From: the human T2T-CHM13v2.0 reference genome, Homo sapiens
DNA length: 64,000 nt
Direction: 5' to 3' (one strand)
Assembly: GCF_009914755.1 (NCBI RefSeq)
Contig: NC_060927.1
A model generated the notes under the pieces. It had not been told where the DNA came from and searched no databases. It saw nothing but the letters and a program-made list of their open reading frames with translations. Shown here in pieces: positions 44,871 to 58,345 of the stretch (position 1 is the stretch's first letter; each line of letters starts with the position of its first letter). The translations under genes and the position numbers were made by a program.

Positions 44871-45475
44871 GTTACAATGTTACTACATTGTGGGCACTTT
44901 TAGAAGGAAACATGAGAAAAACCTCATCCTGAACCAACAGAACTCTAAAAAGTTATTTCTACTCAGTAATTTTAATCAATCCGTAACTCTAAAGTTCATA
45001 ACCTGAGAAAAAGCTTTCTATCACTAATTATTTTCAAGTCCTTTAGACAAGCACATTCCAAGTCTTTAAAGATCTTTTTGTTGGAGAGAAGTCACATGCA
45101 TTGTGAGGTGGCAATTGCTGCCAAACTCTAATATTATTTTTAAAGTTTCTCTTGGTTGGATAAATACTGGTTTGAGAGAAAATCATACAAATGATGTTTC
45201 TGGTATCTATAGCTTATTTTTACCAGACCATATATTTTGGTCTATAAATTATATTTTCAAAAGTATCTTATTTCTCTAACATATAAACAAAGGATTTTCC
45301 AAAGTACCTTACTTGGGAAATATATTCAATTTTTTATTCTTAAATAAAGTTCAGAAAGATGGCCCCTATTTATAATGTTATCTTTGACCTTTCTCTTTTA
45401 AAAATTTTCTTTGAAGAGACTACCACATTTCTCTACTCAATTCTGATTATATAACGGCTAATGACGTGGGGCAGT

Positions 45476-45592
45476 TTTTTCTTAAGTTTTTATTTTTAAT
45501 TTTTGTAGATACATAGTAGGCAAATATATTCATGAGATATTTTGATAGAAGCATGCAATGCATAATAATCACATCATGGAAAATGGGGTATC
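45476..45592 (-). mobile_element. Short L1MA 3' end inserted in a MIR
   Basis: tttaatttttgtagatacatagtagg...gatattttgata...gcatgcaatgcataataatcacatcatggaaaatggggtatc; degenerate TSD gtggggcagtt/atgaggcagtt. Confidence 0.8.
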
Positions 45593-45863
45593 ATGAGGCA
45601 GTTATTATTGACCCATTGACCAAATAAAAAGCAGGGACCATTCAATTGGAGTAGTTTCCCTAGAATCACACAGTTAGTGACAGAAGCAAGACTGGATTAT
45701 ACATGTCTGAATTCCAGGTTCTAGATTTGTCCATGGACTACTTCAGCTCTCATTCCTTGCCTCCTCTTTCAGAGTCACATAATCCTATATTCATCCATCC
45801 ATTCTTTCATTTATCCATTCATTCACTCATTTATTTATTGAACAATTATTTGTTGAATGTCTG

Positions 45864-46309
45864 TGTTATAGACTGAATGTGTGTGTCCTCCTAAAATCCA
45901 TATGTTGAAGCCCTAACCCCCATTAGGGCTATTTTTGGAAATAGGGCCATTAGGATGTAATTAAGGTTAAATAAGTTCACAAGAGAGGGTCACCAATCCA
46001 ATAGGATTAGTGTCCTTATATTAATAAGGAGAGAGAGCAGAGAGCTTGTTCTCTCTCTCTCCCTCTCTCTCTCTCTCTCCACCTGCCCCAACCCTCTCTC
46101 TGCTTATGCACACCAAAGAAAGGCTATATGAGGATGAGATGAGAAGACAGCTGTCTGCAAGCATGGAGGAGAGCGCTCACCAGAAACCAAAGCAGCTGGA
46201 ATTTTGATCTTGAACTTCTAGCCTCCAGAATTGTGTGAATATAAATTTCTATTGTTTAAGCCACCCAGTTTATGGTATTCTGTTACAGTAGCCCAAGCTG
46301 ACTAATACA
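45864..46309 (+). mobile_element. MLT1A-type MaLR solo LTR
   Basis: TG...CA termini (tgttatagactgaatgtgtgtgtcc ... gcccaagctgactaataca); perfect 5-bp TSD gtctg at 45859-45863 and 46310-46314. Confidence 0.92.
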
Positions 46310-46602
46310 GTCTGCTTATTTCATTTAATGGCACTATTTTCAGAATAGTGCCACAGGGATTAAAAAAATATATGGAACACAATCAAAACATTGCACTAGG
46401 AGAATACACCTTTGCAAGCTCTCAAGAACTCTTGCTTTGTTAGGGAAGCTATGTAAATAATCTGGATACTACACAATGTTTTAGTGTTTTCAGCCCAAGA
46501 AGTTCACCCCAGAAGCCTGCTTTCTACTGCTCTGCGTGCAATTCTCACGTTGTCTCATAATGGCTATCTTTAGAAGAAAACATAAGATAACCCTCATCTT
46601 TA

Positions 46603-46975
<373 letters not shown>

Positions 46976-47081
46976 AGAAAGGTCATAGATGATATTATGG
47001 AAGAAGCAAACTTGAGGAATGAATAGAAACTTGCTAAGGATGGGGAGGAAAACAGTTTCCCAGGTAGAAAGAACAGTGTGT

Positions 47082-50000
47082 ATACAGCTAAAGCAGTGTT
47101 TAGAGGGAAATTTGTAACACTAAATGCCCGCAGAAGAAAGTGGGAAAGATCTAAAATCAACACCTTAACATCACAATTAAAAGAACTAGAGAAGCAAGAG
47201 CAAACAAATTCAAAAGCTAGCAGAAGACAAGAAATAATCTAAGATCAGAGCACAACTGAAGAAGATAGAAATATGAAAAATCCTTCAAAAAAAAATCAAT
47301 GAATCCAGGAGCTGTTTTTTAAAAAAAAAATTGACAAAATAGATAGACCACTAGCCAGACTAACCAAGAAGAGAAGAGAGAAGAATCAAGTAGACACAAT
47401 AAAAAATGATAAAGGGCATATCACCACTAATCCCACAGAAATACAAACTACCATCAGAGATACTATAAACACCTCCATGCAAATAAACTAGAAAATCTAC
47501 AAGAAATGGATAAATTCCTGGACAAATACACCCTCCAAAGGCTAAACCAGGAAGAAGTCAAATCCCTGAATACACCAATAACAAGTTCTGAAATTGAGGC
47601 AGTAATTAATAGTCTACCAACCAAAAAAAGCCCAGGACCAGACAGATTCACAGGTGAATTCTACCAGAGGTACAAAGAGGAGCTCGTACCATTACTTACA
47701 AAATTATTCCAAACAATGGAAAAAGTGGAACTCCTCCCTAACTCATTTTATGAGGCCAGCATCATCCTGATACCAAAACCTGGCAGAGACACAACAAAAA
47801 AAGAAAATTTCAGGCCAATATCCCTGATGAATGTTGATGCGAAAATCCTCAATAAAATACCGGCAAATTGAATCCAGCAGCACATCAGAAAGCTTATCCA
47901 CTACGATCAAGTCGGCTTCATCCCTGGGATGCAAGGCTGGATCAACATACACAAATCAATAAACATAATCCATCACATAAACAGAACCATGAAAAAAAAC
48001 ACAGGATTATCTCAATAGATGCAAAAAAGGCCTTGGATAAAATTCAACAGCCCTTCACGCTAAAAACTCTCAATAAACTAGGTATTGATGGAACGTATCT
48101 CAAAATAATAAGAGCTATTTATGATACACCCACAGCCAATATCATACTGAATGGGCAAAAGCTGGAAGCATTCCCTTTGAAAACTGGCACAAGACAAGGA
48201 TGCCCTCTCTCACCACTCCTATTCAACATAGTATTAGAAGTTCTAGCCAGGGCAATCAGGCAAGAGAAAGAAATAAAGAGTATTCAAATAAGAAGAGAGG
48301 AAGTTGAATGGTCTCTGTTTGCAGATAACATGATTGTATATTTAGAAAATTCCATCGTCTAAGCCCAAAAACTCCTTAAGGTGAAAAGCAACTTCAGCAA
48401 AGTCTCAGGATACAACATCAATGTGCAAAAATCACAAGCATTCCTATACACCAATAATAGACAAACAGAGAGCCAAATCATGAGTGGACTCCCATTTACA
48501 ATTGCTACAAAGAGAATAAAATACCTAGAAATACTACTTAAAAGGGAAGTGAAGGACCTCTTCAAGGAGAACTACAAACCACTGCTCAAGAAAATAAGAG
48601 AGGACACAAAAAATGGAAAAAAATTCCATGCTAATGGATAGGAAGAATCAATATCATGAAATTGGCCATACTGCTCAAAGTAATTTATAGATTCAATGTT
48701 ATCCCATCCAGCTACCATTGACTTTCTTCACAGAATTAGAAAAAACTACTTTAAATTTCATGTGGAACCAAAAAGAGCCCATATAGCCAAGACAATGCTA
48801 AGCAAAAAGAACAAAGCTGGAGGTGTCACGCTGCCTGACTTCAAACTATACTATAAGGCTACAGTAACCAAAACAGCATGGTACTGGTGCCAAAACGGAT
48901 AAAGTAGACCAATAGAACAGAACAGACACCTCAGAAATAACACCACACATCTACAACCATCTGATCTTTGACAAACCTGATAAAAACAAGAAATGGGGAA
49001 AGGATTCCCTATTTAATAAACGGTGTTGGGAAAACTGGCAAGCCATATGCAGAAAACTGAAACTGGACCTCTTCCTTATACCCTATACAAAAATTAACTC
49101 AAGATGGATTAAGATTTACATGTAAGACCTAAAACCATAAAAACTCTAGAAGAAAACCTAGGCAATACCATCCAGGACATAGGCATGGGCAAAGACTTCA
49201 TGACTAAAGCACCAAAAGCAATGGCAACAAAAGCCAAAATTGACAAATGGGATCTAATTAAAGAGCTTCTGCACAGCAAAAGAAACTATCATTAGAGTGA
49301 ACAGTCAACCTACAGAATGGGAGAATATTTTTGCAATCTATCCATCTGACAAAGGGTAATGTCCCAAATCTAGACGGAACTTAAACAAATTTACAAATAA
49401 AAAACAAACAACCCCATCAAAAAGTGGGCAAAGGATATGAATAGACACTTTTCAAAAGAAGACATTTATGTGGCCAACAAACATATGCAAAAAAGCTCAT
49501 AATCACTGGTCATTAGAGAAATGCAAATCGAAACCACAATGAGATACCATCTCACACCAGTTAGAGTGGCGATCATTAAAAAGTCAGGAAACAACAGATG
49601 CTGGAGAGGATGTGGACAAATAGGAATGATTTTACACTGTTGGTGGGAGTATAAATTAGTTCGACCATTGTGGAAGACGGTGTGGCGATTCCTCAAGTAT
49701 CTAGAACCAGAAATACCATTTCACCCAGCAATCCCATTACTGAGTATATACCCAAAGGATTATAAATCATTCTGCTATAAAGACACATGCACATGTATGT
49801 TTATTGCAGCACTATTCACAATAGCAAACACTTGGAACCAACCCAAATGCCCATCAATGATAGACTGGATAAAGAAAATGTGGTACATATACACCATGGA
49901 ACACTATGCAGCCATAAAAAAGAATGAGTTCATGTCCTTTGCAGGGACATGGATGAAGCTGAAAACCATCATTCTCAGCAAGCCAACACAGAAACAGAAA

Positions 50001-50242
50001 AACAAACAGCGCATGTTCTCATTCATAAGTGGGAGTTGAACAATGAGAACACATGGACAGAGAGAGGGGAGCATCACACACCAGAGCCTGTCAGGGGGTG
50101 GGGGGCTAGGGGAGGGATAACATTATGAGAAATACCTAATGTAGATGACGGGTTGATGGGTGCAGCAAACCACCATGGCACGTGTATATCTATGTAACAA
50201 ACCTGCATGTTCTGCACATGTATCCTAGAACTTAAAGTATAA
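47082..50242 (+). mobile_element. L1PA7-like 5'-truncated LINE-1, ~3.2 kb, ORF2 disrupted
   Basis: ORF fragments 47506-47871, 47868-48362, 48381-48641 and 49521-50039 are ORF2p pieces ([41 protein letters not shown] in place of FADDM, CWRGCG...HCWWE). 3'UTR ggttgatgggtgcagcaaaccaccatggcac. Confidence 0.96.
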
Positions 50243-50246
50243 GACC

Positions 50247-50308
50247 AAAAAAGAAAGAAAAAGGAAGGAAAGAAGGAAGGAAGAAGGAAGGAAGCAAGGA
50301 AGGAAGAC

Positions 50309-50380
<72 letters not shown>

Positions 50381-50445
50381 AGGAAAGCAAGCAAGCAAGC
50401 AAGCAAGAAAGAGAGAGAGAAAGAAAGAAAGAAAGAAAGAAAGAA

Positions 50446-50524
<79 letters not shown>
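50247..50524. repeat. (GAAA)n/(GGAA)n/(GCAA)n compound microsatellite derived from the L1 tail
   Basis: ~280 bp, almost pure purine, with two long perfect GAAA runs. Confidence 0.98.
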
Positions 50525-50529
<5 letters not shown>

Positions 50530-50695
50530 TTGGGGACTTAATACAATATGGAAACCATCAATTAGACATGGTTGATATGGGAGAGAAATGTGTCAAAATG
50601 ACACATTTTTTTGGACTGAACAACTAGATAGATGGCAATGGAATTTATTAAAACAGGAAATGTATAAGAAGGGGAGCTTTGCAGGAAGAAAAGAG
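50530..50695 (-). mobile_element. L2 fragment
   Basis: gtcaaaatgacac...tggactgaacaactagatagatggcaatg resembles L2 antisense. Confidence 0.6.
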
Positions 50696-53116
50696 CAAGG
50701 GCCCTACTAGAGACAGCAATGATTTGTTCAGTTATGATAGGCTGAGTTTCCATTAGGGGAACATTTAATGCAGAATCTGATGCATAGTAGTCCCTCAATA
50801 ATTGTTTGCTGAACATGGATTTTCTCTGTATTTATTTGGGAGGAGGCCTAAGAGGTTTTTTTTTCTCCTTCATCATTTTTTTCAAAAATGAAGGCATATC
50901 AAAAAGAGAGGTCACACTAGTTAATCACAATTATCTCTAACTAAATAGGAGGAAAACCAGCTAGAGTTGAGAAAAAGATGACATGGGGACAAATAAAAGT
51001 CATCCGGCAGGGGTTGGGTGAGATGCCTTTGAGAAAGTGCCCTTGCTAATCATGATTGGGTTTTGTATTAACTAGGTAAGATTAAAAGAGAAAAAAAAAA
51101 AACCCTAAGAAGAATCAAGAGCTCAACTGCTCCTCTGTGGAAAACAAGTTTGCCAAAATTACAAAAAGTCATTTCTTTGGTTTTTTTATAATACCTAAAG
51201 AGCAGACAAGCCACATTCTCAAAAGGAAGGGTAATCGTTAAAATGATGGGAAAAGCTACTGAATTGGCCATCAACTGAATTCTTGAAGGAGAAAGAGGAG
51301 AAAGGGAATATGTGATTTTCGGCCAAAAAGTCAGGAACTATTTTATAAAGGTGTCTTGAATTCCAAGCAATAAAAACAACTCAGTTTTGACATAATGAAA
51401 AAAATCATTTTACATTTCTCAAGGTAAATATTTGCCAGTGTATATGTGGAAGACATTTCACTCCAAGGAGAAAAAAATAATTATTTTTGAATTTCCTCCA
51501 AATGCAGAATTTTCCCCAGGTTCATCCACCAATCCATAGGTATTATGTTTAAAACGGCACAGTCCTGCATTTACCAAGCCTGTAATTGAAAAGTGATTTC
51601 ATTATTAAGCTGTGGTTTATTCCAAGCCTTCTGGATAATCTTGATGAGTATTGCACTTGTTGCTTAACTGTGGAGATTTTGTAATAAAAGTTTAATGAGT
51701 TACTTATTATTAGAATGTTTATAGCCATTATTTTAAGGTGAACAATAATGACGTAAAGTTCGTACGCATTTGGTTTAAAACGTATTCAACTCACATATCA
51801 GTTAATGCTACAGTGATTTTTAAAAACTCTCTTATCAGTACACGTGTCTAAAGGCAATGCAGCTAAACCTCAGCTTTACTGGGGCTATGGTTAAGAATGA
51901 AACTAAGGAAGGATTTCCCACTTGAATCATGTCAAAGCCGGATTCTGGCATTTCAGAATTTGAACAAGAATTGCTTTTATTATGGCATTTTGAACAGATT
52001 TCACAAGAGGATACATATAAAGCAAGAGGACAAAAAGTTGAAATTAAGTCCTGAAGGCACTGAATATTCATTTCTATTTAAAAGCTAACCAGATATTCTA
52101 TTAATGATCATAAATATTAAGGAAACATACCGAAATAAATCCAGTTTATCTGATTTCTGTCTACTGAAATGCTATGAAACCAAAGGTCAATCACATCTCT
52201 AAAAAATATCTTACCCCTGCAGAAACTGTCTACAAGTTTTTCAGATAGAAACAAGATTTTCCAGAAATTATGATGTAATGATTCAAGCACAAAAGTTTTC
52301 AAGTTACAGAAATAAATGGAAAGTATATATATCTACTGAATCTGTATAAAACTTACACTCAGAAGAATAACATAGTTACCTGTCTTTATTGAAATAAATT
52401 TAATTTAGATTCTTTAATCAGACTATAACTTCTAATTCTTAGATGTTGCCAAATGGATTTTATGAAAAATATGACTGAAACGAGTGACTAATTTTCACAA
52501 CCATTTTGTGCGTCTGTTTTGATGCACAAATTACTCATTAAATCATTTGAATATAAAGAACCATAACCTAATTCAGTGATGAGTACAGTGCTGACATTCT
52601 GGAAGCATGTATAATTAAAGCAGGGTTATCAAAAGAGAGGCAAAATATATTAGAAAAACATAGCACAAAATGAAAATAAAACCAAATTAACTCATAGTCA
52701 CAAAATAGAGAAAACAAATGTTTTCCTCCAATCCTCCAACTCCCCACCCCAAAAAAGATAAAATGCAATAAACATGTCATATGATTATGCTTGTTTGCTA
52801 ATGCCACATGCTACACATGGTCATAGCCAATGTTTCCAAACGTTAACTATAAAATCATATCTTCTTCCTTTAGTATTTTTTCAAATCAGTACAATTCTTT
52901 AACCATATATTAGGTTGGGTTCCCTCCTATCACGCTATACCTTTAATCAATACATTGTTTGTATTAAGAAGTGAGATTGTAAAGGAAGTTTATTCTTAAA
53001 AACCTGTTGAAAACATATTGTAACAAATATAATTTGCTTATTTTGTGGATGCTTAAACAATCTCTTCTTTACACAGCTGCAATATATAAATGTGTTAACT
53101 CAAAATACATTCTTAC

Positions 53117-53454
53117 CTCCCATCCATAACTGGGGTCTTTCAGGTTTGACCTCTGCTCTCCCACATAAGGCCCAAACTTTTCACCTACTTCGATCTTCCT
53201 TTTGGTCCATATTCCTAGTCCTGCCCCAGGCATATTTGACTCTCGAAGTTCAAACTCAGCAGGAATGGGGATATCATCAGGGATGTAGATGGGGGCTTTG
53301 TAAGGAGAACCCTCCTTTGGAGTGAATGCTTCACTGGATGTGGCAGGAGAGCATGGCTCTTGAATATTGAGGGAGGGAGTGCTGGCTACTCCATCTGCAT
53401 CTGGCATTTCTTCCAAAGGTATTTCAGGGTAGTTGCCATATACACACTCATTAT
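53117..53454 (-). CDS. MECOM: MECOM (MDS1-EVI1/PRDM3) coding exon 2, N-terminal part of the PR/SET domain
   Basis: Translates to (N)[34 protein letters not shown]...[48 protein letters not shown], which I recognise as MDS1/MECOM (GLGIW and FGPY are PRDM motifs). On the minus strand the acceptor is ttcttatttattcacAG (AG = 53456-53455) and the donor GAG|GTaaga (GT = 53116-53115). Length 338 bp, phase 1 in, phase 0 out. Confidence 0.98.
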
Positions 53455-54629
53455 CTGTGAATAAATAAGAACTTCATGAATTCCTTCTGATATTGAAGAG
53501 ACAAAATTCCACAGGGGTAGCCACCTTATTATGTTGTTCTTTGAAGGATAAACAGGAAAGACCATTGTTACGATGTGCCTTCATTAAAATCTTTATTATT
53601 TACAGGCCAGGGAGAGGCTAGAGATTATGGCCTCTGTGGTTTATCTGTGGTGAATCCATAAATCAAATGAGCTAATCCTCAATTGTCAATACTTGCATGG
53701 GCTAGTTCAATTCATTATCCATCTGGGAAACAATCAGCAACTTCATTATTGGTCTGACTAAAGTACAGACAAGAAGTTAAACATGTGTGTAACTACAACC
53801 CCCAAACAATTCCAAATTGGGAGCTGACAGGATTCTAAAATATATTAGAAAGTTTTGTCATGCAATGTTATCTTGGAATAAACATAGGAGAGTCATCAAA
53901 GATTCCAAAGGCTGCCATGTGCCACAAGGCTTAAATGTGTGTGGCAGGATTATTTATTGGAATATTAGTGTTTTTTCTTTCTCTATATTTCCTTTCCAAT
54001 TTTGAACATGTCACCAAGCCCTTGGTATTTCCTTGCCTCAGTAACTTACGCAGAGAAGAAAGTTAAAGTTACCTGAAGCCAGTGATGCCTCTGGGTATTC
54101 GTAAACGCTAAAATCGTTAAAGAAATTGGGTAAATTTTCCAGCGGGGAAAGGGAGAGGAAGGGTCCCTTGAGATGCACCAAAAAGACAGAGAATTTCCTC
54201 CAGACAGAGAAATGAGGGAGATCAGAAACGCTTTGTATGGGGCACTGCTCATCTTTACGGAGCAGCACCTGGGGAGGTGGCAAGACCTTTGAACAGACAG
54301 CAGGGTTGGATAGCTAGGAGTTACGACACTGAGCACGGAGGACCTGAGGACCCCCAAGGCAGCACGGCGCCACACTTGAAGTAAACGAGTGGACCGTGGG
54401 AGACCTTAAGACCTCTATGAAACTTGTATGGGGATTTTATGAAACCAATCAAAGGGGATTTCAGTTGTCTTAGAGCAAATGAATACATGTTTCTTGTCTG
54501 CTAGGATCACAAATTGAAAGTCATACCTGATTTGTTTGATTCATAGAACTTCAAGGAAGGAACTAAGAAAAACAGATGAAAATTACAAAGAAACAGACTT
54601 CGATCGAGCTAGTCAAAGGTTAATTATTT

Positions 54630-54808
54630 GAAAAATTAGCTGAGTGTGGTGGTATGCGCCTGTAGTCCCAGCCACTTGAGAGGCTGAGGTGGGAGGATTG
54701 CTTGAACTTGAGAAGGCTACAATGAGCTATGATTGTGTCACTGCTGCACACCAGCCTGGCAAGAGACTGAAAGCCCATCTCAAAAAAAAAAAAAAAAAAA
54801 AAAAAAAA
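54630..54808 (+). mobile_element. Alu right arm only (truncated AluJ or FRAM)
   Basis: aaaattagctgagtgtggtgg...cctgtagtcccagc...ggaggattgcttga..., long poly-A. Confidence 0.88.
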
Positions 54809-54867
54809 GAAGGTAAAATGGGTTGCCTCCAGCTCCATGATCAGTGTTCTACTATAGCCTGGATAAC

Positions 54868-54903
54868 CACGAGTTAAGGATGATGCATCATCCTTAACTC
54901 GTG
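54868..54903. repeat. Perfect 36-bp palindrome, no spacer
   Basis: CACGAGTTAAGGATGATG|CATCATCCTTAACTCGTG; all 18 pairs checked. Confidence 0.98.
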
Positions 54904-55229
54904 CATCAAGTTGCTGATTAAACTAGGTGACTTTAAGACCCTACCAACCCCGCAGTTCTATCAATTAAAGTCTTCTAAGAGAGTTTATTGGGCTAGAAGA
55001 TAGAAGACCTTCATTATTCAGATTCATTATTGTAACAAACTATAACACTCATCATCAATTGCCCATCAAGTAATGACTCCTGTCTCTTAAAGTTTTGTGA
55101 AGTGTAAAGTGATAGCACATGCAAAAGTATTGTTTAATGAGGTGCTTGGTTCTTGGTTCAAACACTGAGATAATGCCATTTAAACCAAGCATATAACTGA
55201 ATTCCAGAACCCAACCTTATACCTATGGG

Positions 55230-56125
55230 ACATAGGTTCTCAACATACAAGCTCATTATCATTCAAGTTCAGCATGTCCAAAATATTGTACCTTATCATC
55301 TGCCCTCAAATTGATTCTCTTGTTCACTTTCCTCTTTCTACTATGAATACCATCTCTCCCTTAATTATCCATGTCTGAGGCTTTAAAATAACATAGCCAT
55401 TTTCTCTCCTTTGTCTTCCAAACTGTTCAGTCACTAAATGCTATTTGTTCTTCTTGCAAGATTCTAACCTTCATCCAATTCTTTCAAATCCACATTTTCA
55501 CACCTAAATATTTTCATAGTCCTTTAAATGGGTCTCAACCTCCAGCTTCTTTCCACTATCCATCAACACTGAGCCTGTTTAACACTGCTGAGTTTACCTT
55601 CCTGGCAGACCAATTTTCCTGTTTGACAGCCTTCAATAATCTCCAGTGTCTGCAGGTAAAGTATAAACCTCTTAGGTTTGGACTAAAATCTCTGTGGTTT
55701 TGAAACCATTCTTCCTTTCCATCTGATTCTCAATGCTCCTCAAAGGGAACCCCCAAGTTAGAGTAAACTTACTACTCTCCTCTGAGCTCAGTGAGTATTT
55801 CTTCTTCAGTTCTTCCTGCCTGGCACTCCTCTCTCTGCACCTCTGCCCGACAAACTTCTAGTCTTCCTCCTGAGTCAAATTCCAGCTGGTCCTATCACCG
55901 TCCCATTTAACACTAGTATTCTCTTCCTTGAATTATTACACAATTTTATCCCTCAGTTTGGCAATCATATACCATGCATTGCTGCTTATGGTTTAATGTG
56001 TATGATTGTTTCATTCCCAAGTAGGAAATAGGTCCCTGATGGGAGACGCTAGGACTCTTACTTTTTCAGAATTGTCCAAGTGATCTGCATATAGGTGTTT
56101 AACAAACACTTGTTAAATATATAAT
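55230..56125 (+). mobile_element. L2 3' region
   Basis: ttcaagttcagcatgtccaaaa...cagtcactaaatgctat...ataggtgtttaacaaacacttgttaaat. Confidence 0.75.
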
Positions 56126-56747
56126 TAATCTAACATATAATTTTATTAAACTATGAATCCAAATCAATACTTTTTTTTACCAAATATAGGAAACTTTTGA
56201 TCCTACAAAGCACCTTTAAACTTGTAGAAATAGAACATGATGAATTGTCCACTTTTCTCCAAACCCAACATCAAAGGAAACAATTTTAATAATTCTCCAA
56301 AGAAATATTATCAGAGAAGTATACTTTAAGGTCCAAACATACTCAACAAAATCCATCTAATTTTATCGTTCAGGGAGATTTTGCAATTCAACCTAACATT
56401 TAAAAGCTCATTAATGGTCTTAGCACAGGTAAAAACCTATAAAAACATCTCTTTAGAACTGTAACATTCAACTACTGCAAATGCAAAGTTATTTTACACA
56501 TTCTTAAAGCGATTTCTCCCCCATTGTTAGAATTCTGTTTTTCTTGAGAAATATAAATTGTAAAACATTGTGTACTCTATAAATGTGTCCATGTAAGCGG
56601 GAGGAAACCAAAAGGCACCAAAATAAATAGAACAATATTCCTCCCGTAATTATCTATTAAAGATCAGTAAAATTTCCCCTACTTCCTCAAAGTGTCAAAT
56701 CAGTCATACTTTCAGTTTCATGAAAGTGATCTTTAAAAAAGGATAGA

Positions 56748-57092
<345 letters not shown>

Positions 57093-58204
57093 TTATCCCA
57101 TGACCTCTGAATTACCCACAAACTCTCCCAATGCATAATCTAAGCGAGTGCATTTAGATTTCAGTTCCTGTGGAGACAAAATACATGTGTGTGCCCAGGC
57201 AGCTGCACAGAAGAATTTGAATTTAAAGCCTGAATGCAATTCTGCTTACAATGACAAAAATGTACAATTAAACCTAAAGAACAACTTACATAGGTCAAGC
57301 AAATCCACAAGAAGAACTCACGGACCTATTCATCCATATGCAAGCACTAAATATATATGCAAGTGCAGGCAATTTGTTTTGAAGCCACTTTTAATCTAGT
57401 ATCATCCAAATTAAATGTAAAAAAGGCTGTGATGACAAAAGCGAAAATATTAAACTGCTGAGTTTTACGTATCAAAACATGCAACAATATTTCAATGTAA
57501 TCTAGCATTATGAAATTTTCAACAGCAAATGCAGTTTATCACACCACATTGAATATTTGCATAAACCAAAATAAAATAATGCCTCCATATACATTACTCA
57601 AAAACTATCCAAAAAGCTGCTAAAACATTTCATCTAAATGATAAATTACTTCAATTATCATATCCCCATTAAATCTCTGTTATTGGGGAAAATTGGTAGA
57701 TCCTTTCCCTCAGCTATAACTATAGTTAATTAAAGCATTTCTCAGATATCACACTGACAGATTGGGCACGTTTACAATAGGTAAGTATCAGGTAAGAAGT
57801 GCCATATATATCAGTGGTCCCATAAAGATAAATAACACTTGTAACTTCTTGGAGCTGAGCTGTCTGCTACTGTAATTTGCTTCATGCATCCTTTAGGCAT
57901 GTCATTAACTGAGTGAGGAAAGAAAGACAAGCATATTGTTGGATTTGAGACAAATGATTTGGGAAATTGCTCTTGGAAGTCAACCTCTTCAATTCAAATT
58001 TTAAGTGTTCTAATTTCCTCAGAGACCAAGGGAAAGGCCACATTTTGATTAGATTATATTTATTTATATGTGTCTTTGAATAACTACCATAGGTTTCCAC
58101 TTCAGAAGTATTCCATTTTGGAAACATATCAGAACCTTCAAAGAGAAGAAATTGCAGAAATAATACCAATAATAGTAACTTCCATAGATGTATCCACATT
58201 TTCT

Positions 58205-58345
58205 CATTTTAATGCTCAAAACAATCCATTGAGAAAATGATGATAAGAATAATCTTCCATTTTCCAGATGTAGGACCTGATATTCAATATATCCAAAGTC
58301 AGCTGAGACTAGCTGGGTGTCCAAACCCAGTCCTCCCTTTAACTC
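58205..58345 (-). mobile_element. MIR fragment
   Basis: tttaatgctcaaaacaatccattgag...ccattttccagatgtaggacctga. Confidence 0.6.

Noticed and set aside
47506-50039. Reverse-transcriptase-like ORFs as a novel retroelement or defence system
   Set aside because: They are ordinary broken LINE-1 ORF2 fragments: 5'-truncated, frameshifted, catalytic FADD changed to FADN.
53069-53416. 115-aa ORF as a stand-alone gene
   Set aside because: It starts at a TTG inside exon 2 and runs past the donor; the real unit is the spliced exon 53117-53454.
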